NCBI GenBank assembly: GCA_026770705.1
Contig: JANJGN010000039.1
Span: 10,292,001-10,356,000, forward strand
From: Isurus oxyrinchus
Taxonomy: Eukaryota
DNA: 64,000 bases
Direction of reading: 5' to 3'
The notes below the pieces were generated by a model. That model was not told the DNA's origin. It was given only the letters and a program-made list of their open reading frames with translations, and did no database searches. Positions 25,539 through 37,680 of this stretch are shown in pieces. The first letter of the stretch is position 1; every line of letters begins with the position of its first letter. Both the position numbers and the translations under genes were made by a program.

Positions 25539-25894
25539 CCCTGTTAGTAAGGGGTGAAGCTTGCACTCACAGTATAGAGCTAACACTTTGAGGCAACTCC
25601 CTTCCTAACAGTTTCAGGAAGGATCCATGGAGACTGAGATTAATTCCAGGCACTGAACAAACAGATACAGTTAACCATTTCAATACAATTATTCTTGTTT
25701 CGCACTCAATTAGTAGACTTATCTGTTCCAGCTGGGATAAATGACAGATTTTGAGTGACGGATTAGCGTAAAGAGGGGATGCAGAAGTGGAACATCAGGC
25801 ATGTTTTGGAGCTGTTCAATACAAAAACTGGTGTGGATATAAACAATTCATTAAATATCGCTAGGTACAACTTTTAGATTCTTAAAATAATAAT

Positions 25895-26159
25895 ATAGCA
25901 ACTCGGTCAAACGTAAACGTGGCAGTGAAACAGACTTAACAATCGAAGGCTGTATAACGCCTGAGAGCATGGATCTAAAAGATACGAAGGAACAGGATGA
26001 AATGAAGCTGTTCCCGATAAACAGTTGGAATATGCTTCAATATCAGGTCGAGTATAATGACCAACAGATCCGCCGTTGCCATAGCTACCAGGAAGTGTAT
26101 TACGCATTTGGAGAGACCACAGGTTCCACGATTAATGAGCACAGTCGTCACTGATATAA
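25895..26159 (-). pseudogene. GPR139-like GPCR pseudogene fragment, copy 2 (TM1-TM3 only)
   Basis: VISVTTVLINRGTCGLSKCVIHFLVAMATADLLVIILDLILKHIP...F*IHA...DC*VCFTATFTFDRVAI, with in-frame stops. Acceptor cttcctcgcag. Confidence 0.85.
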
Positions 26160-27502
26160 CTGCGAGGAAGAAAAATAAACAGGAAAAGGATACATCAGGC
26201 TGGCAGAAAAGTTTTGTTGATAACTTATTGCCATTTTCAAAGGTGTCACTATAACCATTGATACATTCAATTTATTTTACCTTAAATACCCAAGTTTGGA
26301 TCTGTATTATGATGTATGGCTGGACACATCAAATGATGAAATTACCATACTGCGATTATTGAACACAAATTTATTGGAGTTAGAGGAACACAGCGAACTT
26401 GGCTGCCACTGGCCAATAATTGAAGAGGGCAGGCGGGGTTAACAAAATCTGTTAACAAAATAGACGGAACCTCCACTTTGATGGATGGAGGCAATCTCCA
26501 CAAAGTTAGGTCACACCCATTAAAATCACCAGCTTGGCTGTATGTATAGTATTGTTCTGAAAAATGCACCACGTACTTTAGGAAGAATATGAAGAATGTA
26601 TGGAGGGTACAGAGGAAAGAGGCTAAAATGGCACTACGGATAAGTAATTAAAGTAATGTGGATAGGTTGGAGCATCTGGGCTATTTTCTTGAACCGTAGA
26701 ATCAGAGAAGGCTCCAGCTGAGTTCGCAACGCCATTTCACTGGAGGTTTATCATCTCTATCTTACTTTCTTACTTTTTGCCCCTCCTCATAAAGCCCAGG
26801 ATGTGGGAAGGTGAATGCACCACAGTCGCAACCCATGCTGCCACACTGACAGATTCATGTACATCCATATACAGGTCACTCAGCTCCTGCTCCCAGGCCA
26901 GAATTATGAGCAGAGAAAGTTAAGGAGATTTAATTGAGGGGTTCAACATTGTGACCAGTTCACAGGATTTGAATAAAGATGCATCTTTAATTCCTATTGT
27001 CTGAAGGTGTTATAAACGGATTGCATAGATGTAATGTGATTGGCAGAAAGAGCAAGCGTTTATTTGTAATGCACTGTCCACTAATGTCGAGCTGTCTGAT
27101 TTAATGTTGCATTGCAATTGGGAATTTGATAAACATTGAATATGTGAATGTTTGTCGAGTCTTTGTTCTGGACAGTTTATTTTTTTTATCAATGGTTCAA
27201 CATTAGATATTGCAGAAATGCAGAGCTTTAATCTGAGCGGTTGATTGTGGATTGGTTAACTAAATCCAATGGAATTGGACTCCGCTGTTTGTGTTCCTGC
27301 AATATTAATGTACTTTTGACACGTTCTTTTTGAAGTACAACTTGTGCTGGTGGGTTAGTGTATCGCAGATATTAATAAACATTGAGTAGCTGAAAGTATT
27401 TAAAAGCAACATATTTTTCCAGAGAGAAGTGATGTCATGGGCACAACAGTTTGAAGACATACTTTGGTACAGCAAGGCATTTACAAAAGTGAACGATATT
27501 AT

Positions 27503-29162
27503 GCATGGGCCCCAGCTATGCCTGTCTCTTTATGGGGTATGTGGAACATTCCTTGTTGCAGTCCTACTCCGGCCCCCTTCCACAACTTTTTCTCCAGTAC
27601 ATCGATGATTACTTCCGTGCCACTTCATGCTCTCGTCGGGACTTGGAAAAGTTTATTAATTTTGCTTCCAATCTCCACCCCTCTATCATTCTCACGTGGT
27701 CCATCTCTGACACTTCCCTTCCCTTCCTTGACCTCTCTGTCTCAATCTCTGGTGATAGACTGTGCACCAATATCCATTACAAACCCACCGACTCCCACAG
27801 CTACCTCGAATACAGCTCCTCACACCCCGCTTCCTGTAAAGACTCCATCCCATTCTCCCAGTTCCTTCGCCTTCGTCGCATCTGTTCCGATGATGCTACC
27901 TTCAAAAACGGTTCCTCTGACATGTCCTCCTTCTTCCTTAACCGAGGTTTTCCACCCACGGTTGTTGACAGGGCCCTCAACCGTGTCCGGCCCATCTCCC
28001 GCGCATCCACCCTCACGCCTTCTCCTCCCTCCCAGAAACATGATAGGGTCCCCCTTGTCCTCACTTATCACCCCACCAGCCTCCGCATTCAAAGGATCAT
28101 CCTCCACCATTTCCACCAACTCCAGCATGATGCCACCACCAAACATATCTTCCCTTCACCCCCCTTATCGGCATTCCGTAGGGATCGCTCTCTCCGGGAC
28201 ACCCTGGTCCACTCCTCCATCACCCCCTACTCCTCAGCCCCCTCCTATGGCACCACCCCATGCCCACGCAAAAGATGTAACACCTGCCCCTTCACTTCCT
28301 CTCTCCTCACCGTCCAAGGGCCCAAACACTCCTTTCAAGTGAAGCAGCATTTCACTTGCATTTCCCCCAACTTAGTCTACTGCATTAGTTGCTCCCCATG
28401 TGGTCTCCTCTACATTGGAGAGACCAAACGTAAACTGGGCGACCGCTTTGCAGAACACCTGCGGTCTGTCCGCAAGAATGACCTGAACCTCCCTGTCGCT
28501 TGCCATTTTAACACTCCACCCTGCTCTCTTGCCCACATGTCTGTCCTTGGCTTGCTGCATTGTTCCAGTGAAGCCCAACGCAAACTGAAGGAACAACACC
28601 TCATCTTCCGACTAGGCACCTTACAGCCTTCCGGACTGGATATTGAATTCAACAACTTTAGGTCGTGAGCTCCCTCCCCCATCCCCACCCCCTTTCTGTT
28701 TTCCCCCCTTTTTTTTCCCAATAAATTATATAGATTTTTCTTTTCCCACGTATTTCTATTATTTTTAAATATTTTAAAATCTTTTATGCTCCCTCCACCC
28801 CCACTAGAGCTGTACCTTGAGTGCCCTACCATCCATTCTTAATTAGCACATTCGTTTAGTTAATATCACCAACTTTAACGTTAACACCTATGTGTTCTAT
28901 TGTACCATTGTCGCTGACATCTTTTGATGATCTGCTTCTATCACTGCTTGTTTGTCCACACAACCACACCCCCCACCCCTCTCTCTCTCTATCTCTCCGC
29001 CCCCCACACACACACCTTAAACCAGCTTATATTTCAAATATTTCTTGGATTCGAAATCTAGTTCTGCCGAAGGGTCATGAGGACTCGAAACGTCAACTCT
29101 TTTCTTCTCCGCCGATGCTGCCAGACCTGCTGAGTTTTTCCAGGTAATTCTGTTTTTGTTTT
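27503..29162 (+). mobile_element. Penelope-like retroelement, 5'-truncated, with uninterrupted RT C-terminus and GIY-YIG endonuclease (ORF 27505-28668) and 3' UTR
   Basis: MGPSYACLFMG...YIDD...LPFLDLSV...YKPTDSH.YL.Y.S.HP...K.SIPFSQFLRLRRICS (PLE RT), plus NLVYCISC..CGLLYIGETKR.L.DRF.EH (GIY-YIG). Confidence 0.93.
29060..29098 (+). ncRNA. Minimal type-I hammerhead-like ribozyme motif in the Penelope 3' region
   Basis: AGTT-CTGCCGA-A-GGGTC/ATGAG/GACTC-GAAAC-GTC-AACT. Stem I AGUU/AACU, stem II GGGUC/GACUC, palindromic ACGU stem III, GUC triplet. The core is CUGCCGA instead of CUGANGA. Confidence 0.55.
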
Positions 29163-29425
29163 ACATAATTTTACTGTTGGTTATCTAAGGAAATTGTACT
29201 CTGATATGGGCTGGCTTAACGGTGTATTTTATATGGTGGACAATGGGAGCTTTAGGCAACAGTTCTGTAAATCTTTATATTCGAGAAATATGCTTACTGC
29301 TGCAGCTACTGAGCTGCTGCCCAAACACTGGCTTGTATGAAGTGACTTACACTAAGTTCAGAGAGCAGCTGAAGGCTGTGCTGAAATATTCTGTTCCTGC
29401 AATTGTAAAACTGTTTGAATGCTGA
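29163..29425 (+). pseudogene. GPR139-like GPCR 3' fragment (TM6-TM7-helix 8), inverted relative to the other copies
   Basis: IILLLVI*GNCTLIWAGLTVYFIWWTM...REICLLLQLLSCCPNTGLYEVTYTKFREQLKAVLKYS...*, homologous to the C-terminus of 57291-58204. Confidence 0.85.
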
Positions 29426-30779
29426 GCTGAACCGAATGAGTTCATAAACAGAACACACTCACTCCTCATATTCTGCCCATAGCACTCTCCACAGCAGACC
29501 CAGTGAAAGAGGTTAATAATTAGACTCTGACTAACATAGGCTGAGCATCCTCAGCCTCTGTCAGAGAAGCATTATGATCTGGAAGCACACCGGCTACCTT
29601 GTGGATTATATGTGGGACTTCAAGAGTGCCAACAGTGACACAATCAACTCTGGAGTATTGTGTCTAATTCCGAGAGCCACACTTTGGCAAAGATTTCAAA
29701 GACTTGGTAAAAAGTCAGAGATGATTTTCTGTAATGCTGCCGGAGATTGGAGGATTGTGGAAAAGTAGGTTTTGTTGTCGTTCGAGCAGTAAAGGTCAAG
29801 GAGAGATTTCAAACCCTGAAGATCTTTGATAGAGCGGTAAAGGTGAAACTGTTTCCAATATCAGAAAGCTGGTTTGTACTTTTATTCTTTGAAACCAGGT
29901 TTCCCTAGAGTTGGCATCAGTGACTCGAGGGAGAGATACAGAGGAAAAGAAAACCAATTTAACAATGGAATTCAATAATATCAGAAGGGGAGTAATGGAT
30001 CGCATAAATATAGGGAAGAACAAGGATAATTGGACACACTTGAAGTGAGAGTCCATTTAGTGGCACCAATGGAATAATGAAAATGTTCACTTTCGGGCTG
30101 CCAGCCCATGTCAATTACTGAGCACAGGGACGATGGCTAAGTTGGATATGGTTTCAGTTCCGTTACAGGCAGCGGGATGTTGTATCTACTGAAATTTATT
30201 AAAGAGTGTAACCAGGAGTTGGGGCGTGAGCAACGGGGGCGGGTGCAGGGAGTAGAGTCTGGCTGGGATGACAATTTATACCAGAGTAGTTGGGTCTGTA
30301 TTGAGATAGCTCCGGAATTGAAAACATCCCCAGATTGCGGGTATATGTAGCAGATGGGCCGAGGCACGTTTGCTGATAGGTGATATCAGGGCGGTGGTCA
30401 TTGGCAGGGTTTCGGAAAGGGGGAATATGTGGGCGGGACTCAGCTCAGGTCAATCAGCAAACTCTCAGGGATGAACCTGAGACAATGGATGGGGTCACGG
30501 GGTAGCGAAGTTGTGGGGTGCGTCTTGATGGAGTGTGTGTGGATGGAGGACAAATTTTATGATGCAGACCGATGACACTAGCTTCAATCCTCAGAAGGTT
30601 CCCCTGAGAAATAAGTAAAATGAGTAGCTATTCAGTGAAATGTGGCTTCCAGATCGAGTAGCTAGACACAGAGACGTTCAAGGGATACCAACTGAACCAA
30701 AGGGACGAAAGTGGATTTGAGAAACGACATTGCAATTGAGCATTATTTATATAATTAATAACTTGAAAGAGAGACTTAC

Positions 30780-30960
30780 GAGATACACTAAGAACAGCGA
30801 GGATGGGACAGTAAAAGTATTGAATAACCTGAAGCATTATTCTGACCCGATGTTCGAATGTGATTTCATCATAAAACGTCAACAGATAGTTAACATCCCA
30901 GGTTAACGCCCTGCCTCTTGGTGTATTATCCCCACTGACCGTTCACAGATTCTGATCCAT
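30780..30960 (-). pseudogene. Orphan GPCR exon 1 (degenerate; MDQNL...FYDEITFEHRVRIMLQVIQYFYCPILAVLSVS)
   Basis: Homologous to exon 1 of copy 1 (MDQNL.T and LQVIQ..Y.P.LA). GTAAGT donor intact, early stop. Confidence 0.75.
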
Positions 30961-32446
30961 TGATTTAACATTCCAATCTGCTGCACAATTTACCCCTTCA
31001 AAGCACTCCAATGAATTAGTTAAACATTATTTCATTCTCACAAAACAATGCTGACCCTTCTGCATTAACTTGAGATTTTCTAAGTGCGAATGGCTGTTTT
31101 CCAGTTGCTGTTGATTTTTTTTAATTGGTACCGTTGTTGTTAAATGTGTTTGCGTTTTCCAACGTTAAGATCGTCCTTGAATTTGTTTCTGTTTCAGCAG
31201 CTTAGTGTTGCTGTATTTGTTGGTGCTTTTACAGGTTGAGGCTGTGTGTGTTTTATTTTCACTGATAACGTTGTCCAAGTTGTCGCTTTTTTTCAACGTT
31301 AAGGGAATTGTTGAGGTTGTTGGTGTTTTCAATGGAGAGGGTGTTTTTGAATTTGTTGTTGTATTTCAGTGCTGAAGTTGTTGTTGAATGTTTTTCAATG
31401 TTTAGGATGTTGTGTAGTTTGTTGGTTTGTTAAGTAAAGAGGTTATGTTTGAAAATGTTTGCATTTTTAGTTAATGCCGTTTTAGCTGAACATGGTGTTT
31501 CTCGGGGTGTTGCTCAATTTGTCAGGGTTGTTCAATGCGGAAGTTGTTGAATTTTATGGTGTTTTTCAATGTTGAGATTATTCTTGGGTTTGTTGTTCAT
31601 TTTCAATGGCGAGGTTGTTTATGAATTTGCTGGGTTATTTCAATGTTGAGGTTGTCATTGAATTTGCTGATATTTTACATGTTGATGTTGTTGTTGAATT
31701 TGTGCGAGTATTTCAATGTTGAATTTGTTGTTGAATATGCAGGTGATAACCAATATTGAACTTCGTTATTAATTTGCTTGTGTTTTCGAATGTTGAGGCT
31801 GTTCTTGAATTTGTTGGTGTTTTTCAAAGCTGAGGTTGTTGTTTTTGAATATTCAATTAGCCCTAGAGCCATACAGTTACACAGCACAAAAACAGCACCC
31901 CCCACTACCCCTCTCCCCCACCCCGTCACGTCCGATTGTGTCGGTGGCTTTCAAGCATCTACCAATTTTCATCCCATTTTCCAGTACTTGGCCCAGAGTG
32001 GTGTATGCCATGGCACTTCACGTGCTCTTGAATTTATTGGAGCTTTTCAAGGCCCATGTTCTAGTTGAATGTGTTGGTGTTTTTTTGGCTCTTGATGCTG
32101 TTGAATGTGCCGGTGTTTTCAAGGCCATTGCATTTCTTGATCATTTCACAATGTTCAGTCTGTTGGCGATTTCCAATATTTATTTCGTTATTGAATTTGT
32201 TTGAGCGTTTAAATATTTAAGCTGTTGTTCCTTTGCAGTAATGTTGTTGAATATGTTGCTGCTTTTCAGTATTGTTTCTGTTGTTGATTTTGTTGGTGTT
32301 TATCAACATTAGCGGTGCTGTTTTGTTGTAGATTTTTTTCAATGCTGAGTATTTTGTATTTGTTGATATTTTTCAATGCCCTGGTTGCTGTTGAATGTGT
32401 TGCTGCTGTTCATTGACGCATTTGTTGCTAAATATGTTGGTGTTTT

Positions 32447-35400
32447 CAATGTTGAGGTTGATGTTGAACATATTGGAGTTTATCAATGTTGAGGTTGATG
32501 TTGAACATTTTGGAGTTTATCAATGTTGAGGTTGATGTTGAACATATTGGAGTTTATCAATGTTGAGGTTGATGTTGAACATATTGGAGTTTATCAATGT
32601 TGAGGTTAATGTTGAACATATTGGAGTTTATCAATGTTGAGGTTGATGTTGAACATTTTGGAGTTTATCAATGTTGAGGTTGATGTTGAACATTTTGGAG
32701 TTTATCAATGTTGAGGTTGATGTTGAACATTTTGGAGTTTATCAATGTTGAGGTTGATGTTGAACATTTTGGAGTTTATCAATGTTGAGGTTGATGTTGA
32801 ACATATTGGAGTTTATCAATGTTGAGGTTGATGTTGAACATATTGGAGTTTATCAATGTTGAGGTTGATTTTGAACATATTGGAGTTTATCAATGTTGAG
32901 GTTGATGTTGAACATATTGGAGTTTATCAATGTTGAGGTTGATGTTGAACATTTTGGAGTTTATCAATGTTGAGGTTGATGTTGAACATATTGGAGTTTA
33001 TCAATGTTGAGGTTGATGTTGAACATTTTGGAGTTTATCAATGTTGAGGTTGATGTTGAACATATTGGAGTTTATCAATGTTGAGGTTAATGTTGAACAT
33101 ATTGGAGTTTATCAATGTTGAGGTTGATGTTGAACATATTAGAGTTTGTCAATTTTGAGGTTGATGTTGAACATATTGGGGTTTATCAATGTTGAGGTTG
33201 ATGTTGAACATTTTGGAGTTTATCAATGTTGAGGTTGATGTTGAACATTTTGGAGTTTATCAATGTTGAGGTTGATGTTGAACATATTGGAGTTTATCAA
33301 TGTTGGGGTTGATGTTGAACATATTGGAGTTTATCAATGTTGAGGTTGATGTTGAACATATTAGAGTTTATCAATGTTGAGGTTGATGTTGAACATATTG
33401 GAGTTTATCAATGTTGAGGTTGATGTTGAACATTTTGGAGTTTATCAATGTTGAGGTTGATGTTGAACATTTTGGAGTTTAGCAATGTTGAGGTTGATGT
33501 TGAACATATTGGAGTTTATCAATGTTGAGGTTGATGTTGAACATATTGGAGTTTATCAATGTTGAGGTTGATGTTGAACATATTGGAGTTTATCAATGTT
33601 GAGGTTGATGTTGAACATATTGGAGTTTATCAATGTTGAGGTTGATGTTGAACATTTTGGAGTTTAGCAATGTTGAGGTTGATGTTGAACATTTTGGAGT
33701 TTAGCAATGTTGAGGTTGATGTTGAACATTTTGGAGTTTAGCAATGTTGAGGTAGATGTTGAACATTTTTGGAGTTTAGCAATGTTGAGGTTGATGTTGA
33801 ACATTTTGGAGTTTATCAATGTTGAGGTTGATGTTGAACATATTAGAGTTTATCAATGTTGTGGTGGATGTTGAACATATTGGAGTTTATCAATGTTGAG
33901 GTTGATGTTGAACATATTGGAGTTTATCAATGTTGAGGTTGATGTTGAACATTTTGGAGTTTATCAATGTTGAGGTTGATGTTGAACATATTGGAGTTTA
34001 TCAATGTTGAGGTTGATGTTGAACATTTTGGAGTTTATCAATGTTGAGGTTGATGTTGAACATATTGGAGTTTATCAATGTTGAGGTTAATGTTGAACAT
34101 ATTGGAGTTTATCAATGTTGAGGTTGATGTTGAACATATTAGAGTTTGTCAATTTTGAGGTTGATGTTGAACATATTGGGGTTTATCAATGTTGAGGTTG
34201 ATGTTGAACATTTTGGAGTTTATCAATGTTGAGGTTGATGTTGAACATTTTGGAGTTTATCAATGTTGAGGTTGATGTTGAACATATTGGAGTTTATCAA
34301 TGTTGAGGTTGATGTTGAACATATTAGAGTTTATCAATGTTGAGGTTGATGTTGAACATATTGGAGTTTATCAATGTTGAGGTTGATGTTGAACATTTTG
34401 GAGTTTAGCAATGTTGAGGTAGATGTTGAACATTTTTGGAGTTTAGCAATGTTGAGGTTGATGTTGAACATTTTGGAGTTTATCAATGTTGAGGTTGATG
34501 TTGAACATATTAGAGTTTATCAATGTTGTGGTGGATGTTGAACATATTGGAGTTTATCAATGTTGAGGTTGATGTTGAACATATTGGAGTTTATCAATGT
34601 TGAGGTTGATGTTGAACATTTTGGAGTTTATCAATGTTGAGGTTGATGTTGAACATATTGGAGTTTATCAATGTTGAGGTTGATGTTGAACATTTTGGAG
34701 TTTATCAATGTTGAGGTTGATGTTGAACATATTGGAGTTTATCAATGTTGAGGTTAATGTTGAACATATTGGAGTTTATCAATGTTGAGGTTGATGTTGA
34801 ACATATTAGAGTTTGTCAATTTTGAGGTTGATGTTGAACATATTGGGGTTTATCAATGTTGAGGTTGATGTTGAACATTTTGGAGTTTATCAATGTTGAG
34901 GTTGATGTTGAACATTTTGGAGTTTATCAATGTTGAGGTTGATGTTGAACATATTGGAGTTTATCAATGTTGGGGTTGATGTTGAACATATTGGAGTTTA
35001 TCAATGTTGAGGTTGATGTTGAACATATTAGAGTTTATCAATGTTGAGGTTGATGTTGAACATATTGGAGTTTATCAATGTTGAGGTTGATGTTGAACAT
35101 TTTGGAGTTTATCAATGTTGAGGTTGATGTTGAACATTTTGGAGTTTAGCAATGTTGAGGTTGATGTTGAACATATTGGAGTTTATCAATGTTGAGGTTG
35201 ATGTTGAACATATTGGAGTTTATCAATGTTGAGGTTGATGTTGAACATATTGGAGTTTATCAATGTTGAGGTTGATGTTGAACATATTGGAGTTTATCAA
35301 TGTTGAGGTTGATGTTGAACATTTTGGAGTTTAGCAATGTTGAGGTTGATGTTGAACATTTTGGAGTTTAGCAATGTTGAGGTTGATGTTGAACATTTTG

Positions 35401-36045
35401 GAGTTTAGCAATGTTGAGGTAGATGTTGAACATTTTTGGAGTTTAGCAATGTTGAGGTTGATGTTGAACATTTTGGAGTTTATCAATGTTGAGGTTGATG
35501 TTGAACATATTAGAGTTTATCAATGTTGTGGTGGATGTTGAACATATTGGAGTTTATCAATGTTGAGGTTGATGTTGAACATTTTGGAGTTTATCAATGT
35601 TGAGGTTGATGTTGACCATTTTGGAGTTTATCAATGTTGAAGTTGATGTTGAACATTTTGGAGTTTATCAATGTTGAGGTTGATGTTGAACATATTGGAG
35701 TTTATCAATGTTGAGGTTGATGTTGAACATATTGGAGTTTATCAATGTTGAGGTTGATGTTGAACATTTTGGAGTTTAGCAATGTTGAGGTTGATGTTGA
35801 ACATTTTGGAGTTTATCAATGTTGAGGTTGATGTTGAACATTTTGGAGTTTATCAATGTTGCGGTTGATGTTGAACATATTGGAGTTTATCAATGTTGAG
35901 GTTGATGCTGAACATATTGGAGTTTATCAATGTTGAGGTTGATGTTGTACATTTTGGAGTTTATCAATGTTGAGGCTGATGTTGAACATTTTGGAGTTTA
36001 TCAATGTTGAGGTTGATGTTGAACATTTTGGATTTTATCAATGTT
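32447..36045. repeat. Homogeneous 37-bp tandem array (~97 copies; AATGTTGAGGTTGATGTTGAACAT(A/T)TTGGAGTTTATC)
   Basis: Exact 37-bp period (e.g. 32461 to 32498), near-identical units, no spacers. Confidence 0.97.
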
Positions 36046-36544
36046 GTTGCTCTTGTTGAACTTGTTTTCTTTTCTTCAGCCAGGTTTTGCTCTATTGGTT
36101 GCTGCTTTCATATGTTGATGTTCTGTCGTATTTGCGGCGATTTCAATGGTAACATTGTGTAAGTTGCTGCGGCTTTTCAATGTTAAGAGACTTTTTTAAG
36201 TTTTTGGTGCGCTGGGTTTGCTGTTAAATCTGTTGATGATTTTCAATATTGAGGTAGTTCATGAATTTTGTTTTTTCTCAAATTTGAGGTTGTTGGTGAA
36301 TTTGTTGGTGTTGACATTGTTTGAAGTGCTGGTGTTTCTCACTAGTGAGACTGTTGTCTAATTTGTTGATTGATTTCAATGTTGAAGCCGTAGTTGGATG
36401 CGTCGGTTGTTTATTTCAAAGTTGTGCTGTTGTTGAAATTGTCGTTGTTTTTCAATGTTGAGTTTTTGTTGAAATTGTCATTTTTGAATGTTGATTTTGT
36501 GGTTCAATTTGTTGTCACCATTCAGTGTTGATGTTGTTTAAGTT

Positions 36545-37680
36545 AGAAGCATAGAACCATGGAAAGATTACAGCACAGATTTAGGCCTTTCGGCCCATCG
36601 TGTCAATTCCAGCCAGAGGGCATCCAGGTGCCCATTCTAATCCCACCTTCCTGCACCCGGCCCATAGCCCTGCAGCTTAGAGCACTTAAGGTGAAGATCC
36701 AGGCACTTCTTAAACAAATTGAGAGTTTCTGCCTCTGCCACCACCTTGGCCAGTGAATTCCAGATACCAACTACACTCTGCAGAAAAACATTATTCCTCA
36801 AGTCCGCCCCCGCACCCGACACATTCGTCCACTTATCTTTAGTCTATGTCCGCTGGTTCTAGAATTCTCCAACAAGGGAAACAATTTTATCCCTTCCCTC
36901 TATCTATTTCTCTCATAATGTTGTACACTTCATTCAAGTCACCTCTCAGCCTACTACGTTCCAAGGAAAATAACCCCAAACCTATCCAATCTTTCCTGGT
37001 AGCGACACATTTTCAATCCTGGCAGAATTCTTGTAAACCTCATCTGCACTCTCTCCAGACATATTTCGTCCTTCCTGTAAAGTGGTGACAAGAACTGCAC
37101 ACAGTACTCCAGTTCTAGCCTCACCAGTGTTTTATACAATTCCAACCTGATAGCTTTACCTTTATATTCTATACCCATGCTAATGAAAGAGAACATTCCA
37201 TATACCTTCCTTACAACCTTGTATACTTGATCTGCTGCCTTCAGTGGCCTGTGTGCTTGTATGCCAAGATCGCTCACTTCATCCATTACTGTTAGTATAT
37301 GCACTTTTTGTTGTGTAATCCATGTAACTGTTTGACCTCCTTAAATGTATGACCTCACACTTTTTTGTTTTAATGAACATGTGCCACTTCACCGCCCACT
37401 CCACCAACCGATCTATTTCGTTTTTGAGTTTAAGCTCCTCTAAACTATCCACAACTGGCCAATCTTTGTGTCATCTGCAAATTTCCCAATCGTGCGCCCT
37501 CCACCCACACCCCCCCCCCCCACCCAACCACCCCCCCCCCCCTCCACCCCTCTCCCCACCCACCCCCGGCCCCCAGGTTCACGTCCAAATCCTTAATATA
37601 TAACAGAAACAGCAAGGGTCCCAACACCGAGCTCTGTCAAACACCATTTGAGACAACTTTCCATGCGCAAGGGCATCTAT
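36545..37680 (-). mobile_element. CR1 LINE 3' fragment inserted in satellite
   Basis: LGPLLFLLYI.DLD, DLGIQ.HR.LK...QV.KVV.K.YGM.SFI..GIEYK...LELYKTLVR..LEYCVQF.SP.YRKD...LERVQ.RFTR.LPGL, and a CR1 3' tail. Confidence 0.92.

Noticed and set aside
27464-28342. 292-aa Pro/Ser-rich ORF and antisense ORFs overlapping the Penelope ORF
   Set aside because: Alternative-frame by-products of the C-rich element sequence, with no recognisable motifs.
32447-36045. 37-bp repeat array as a CRISPR array
   Set aside because: Units are directly adjacent with no unique spacers, there are no cas genes, and the context is eukaryotic.
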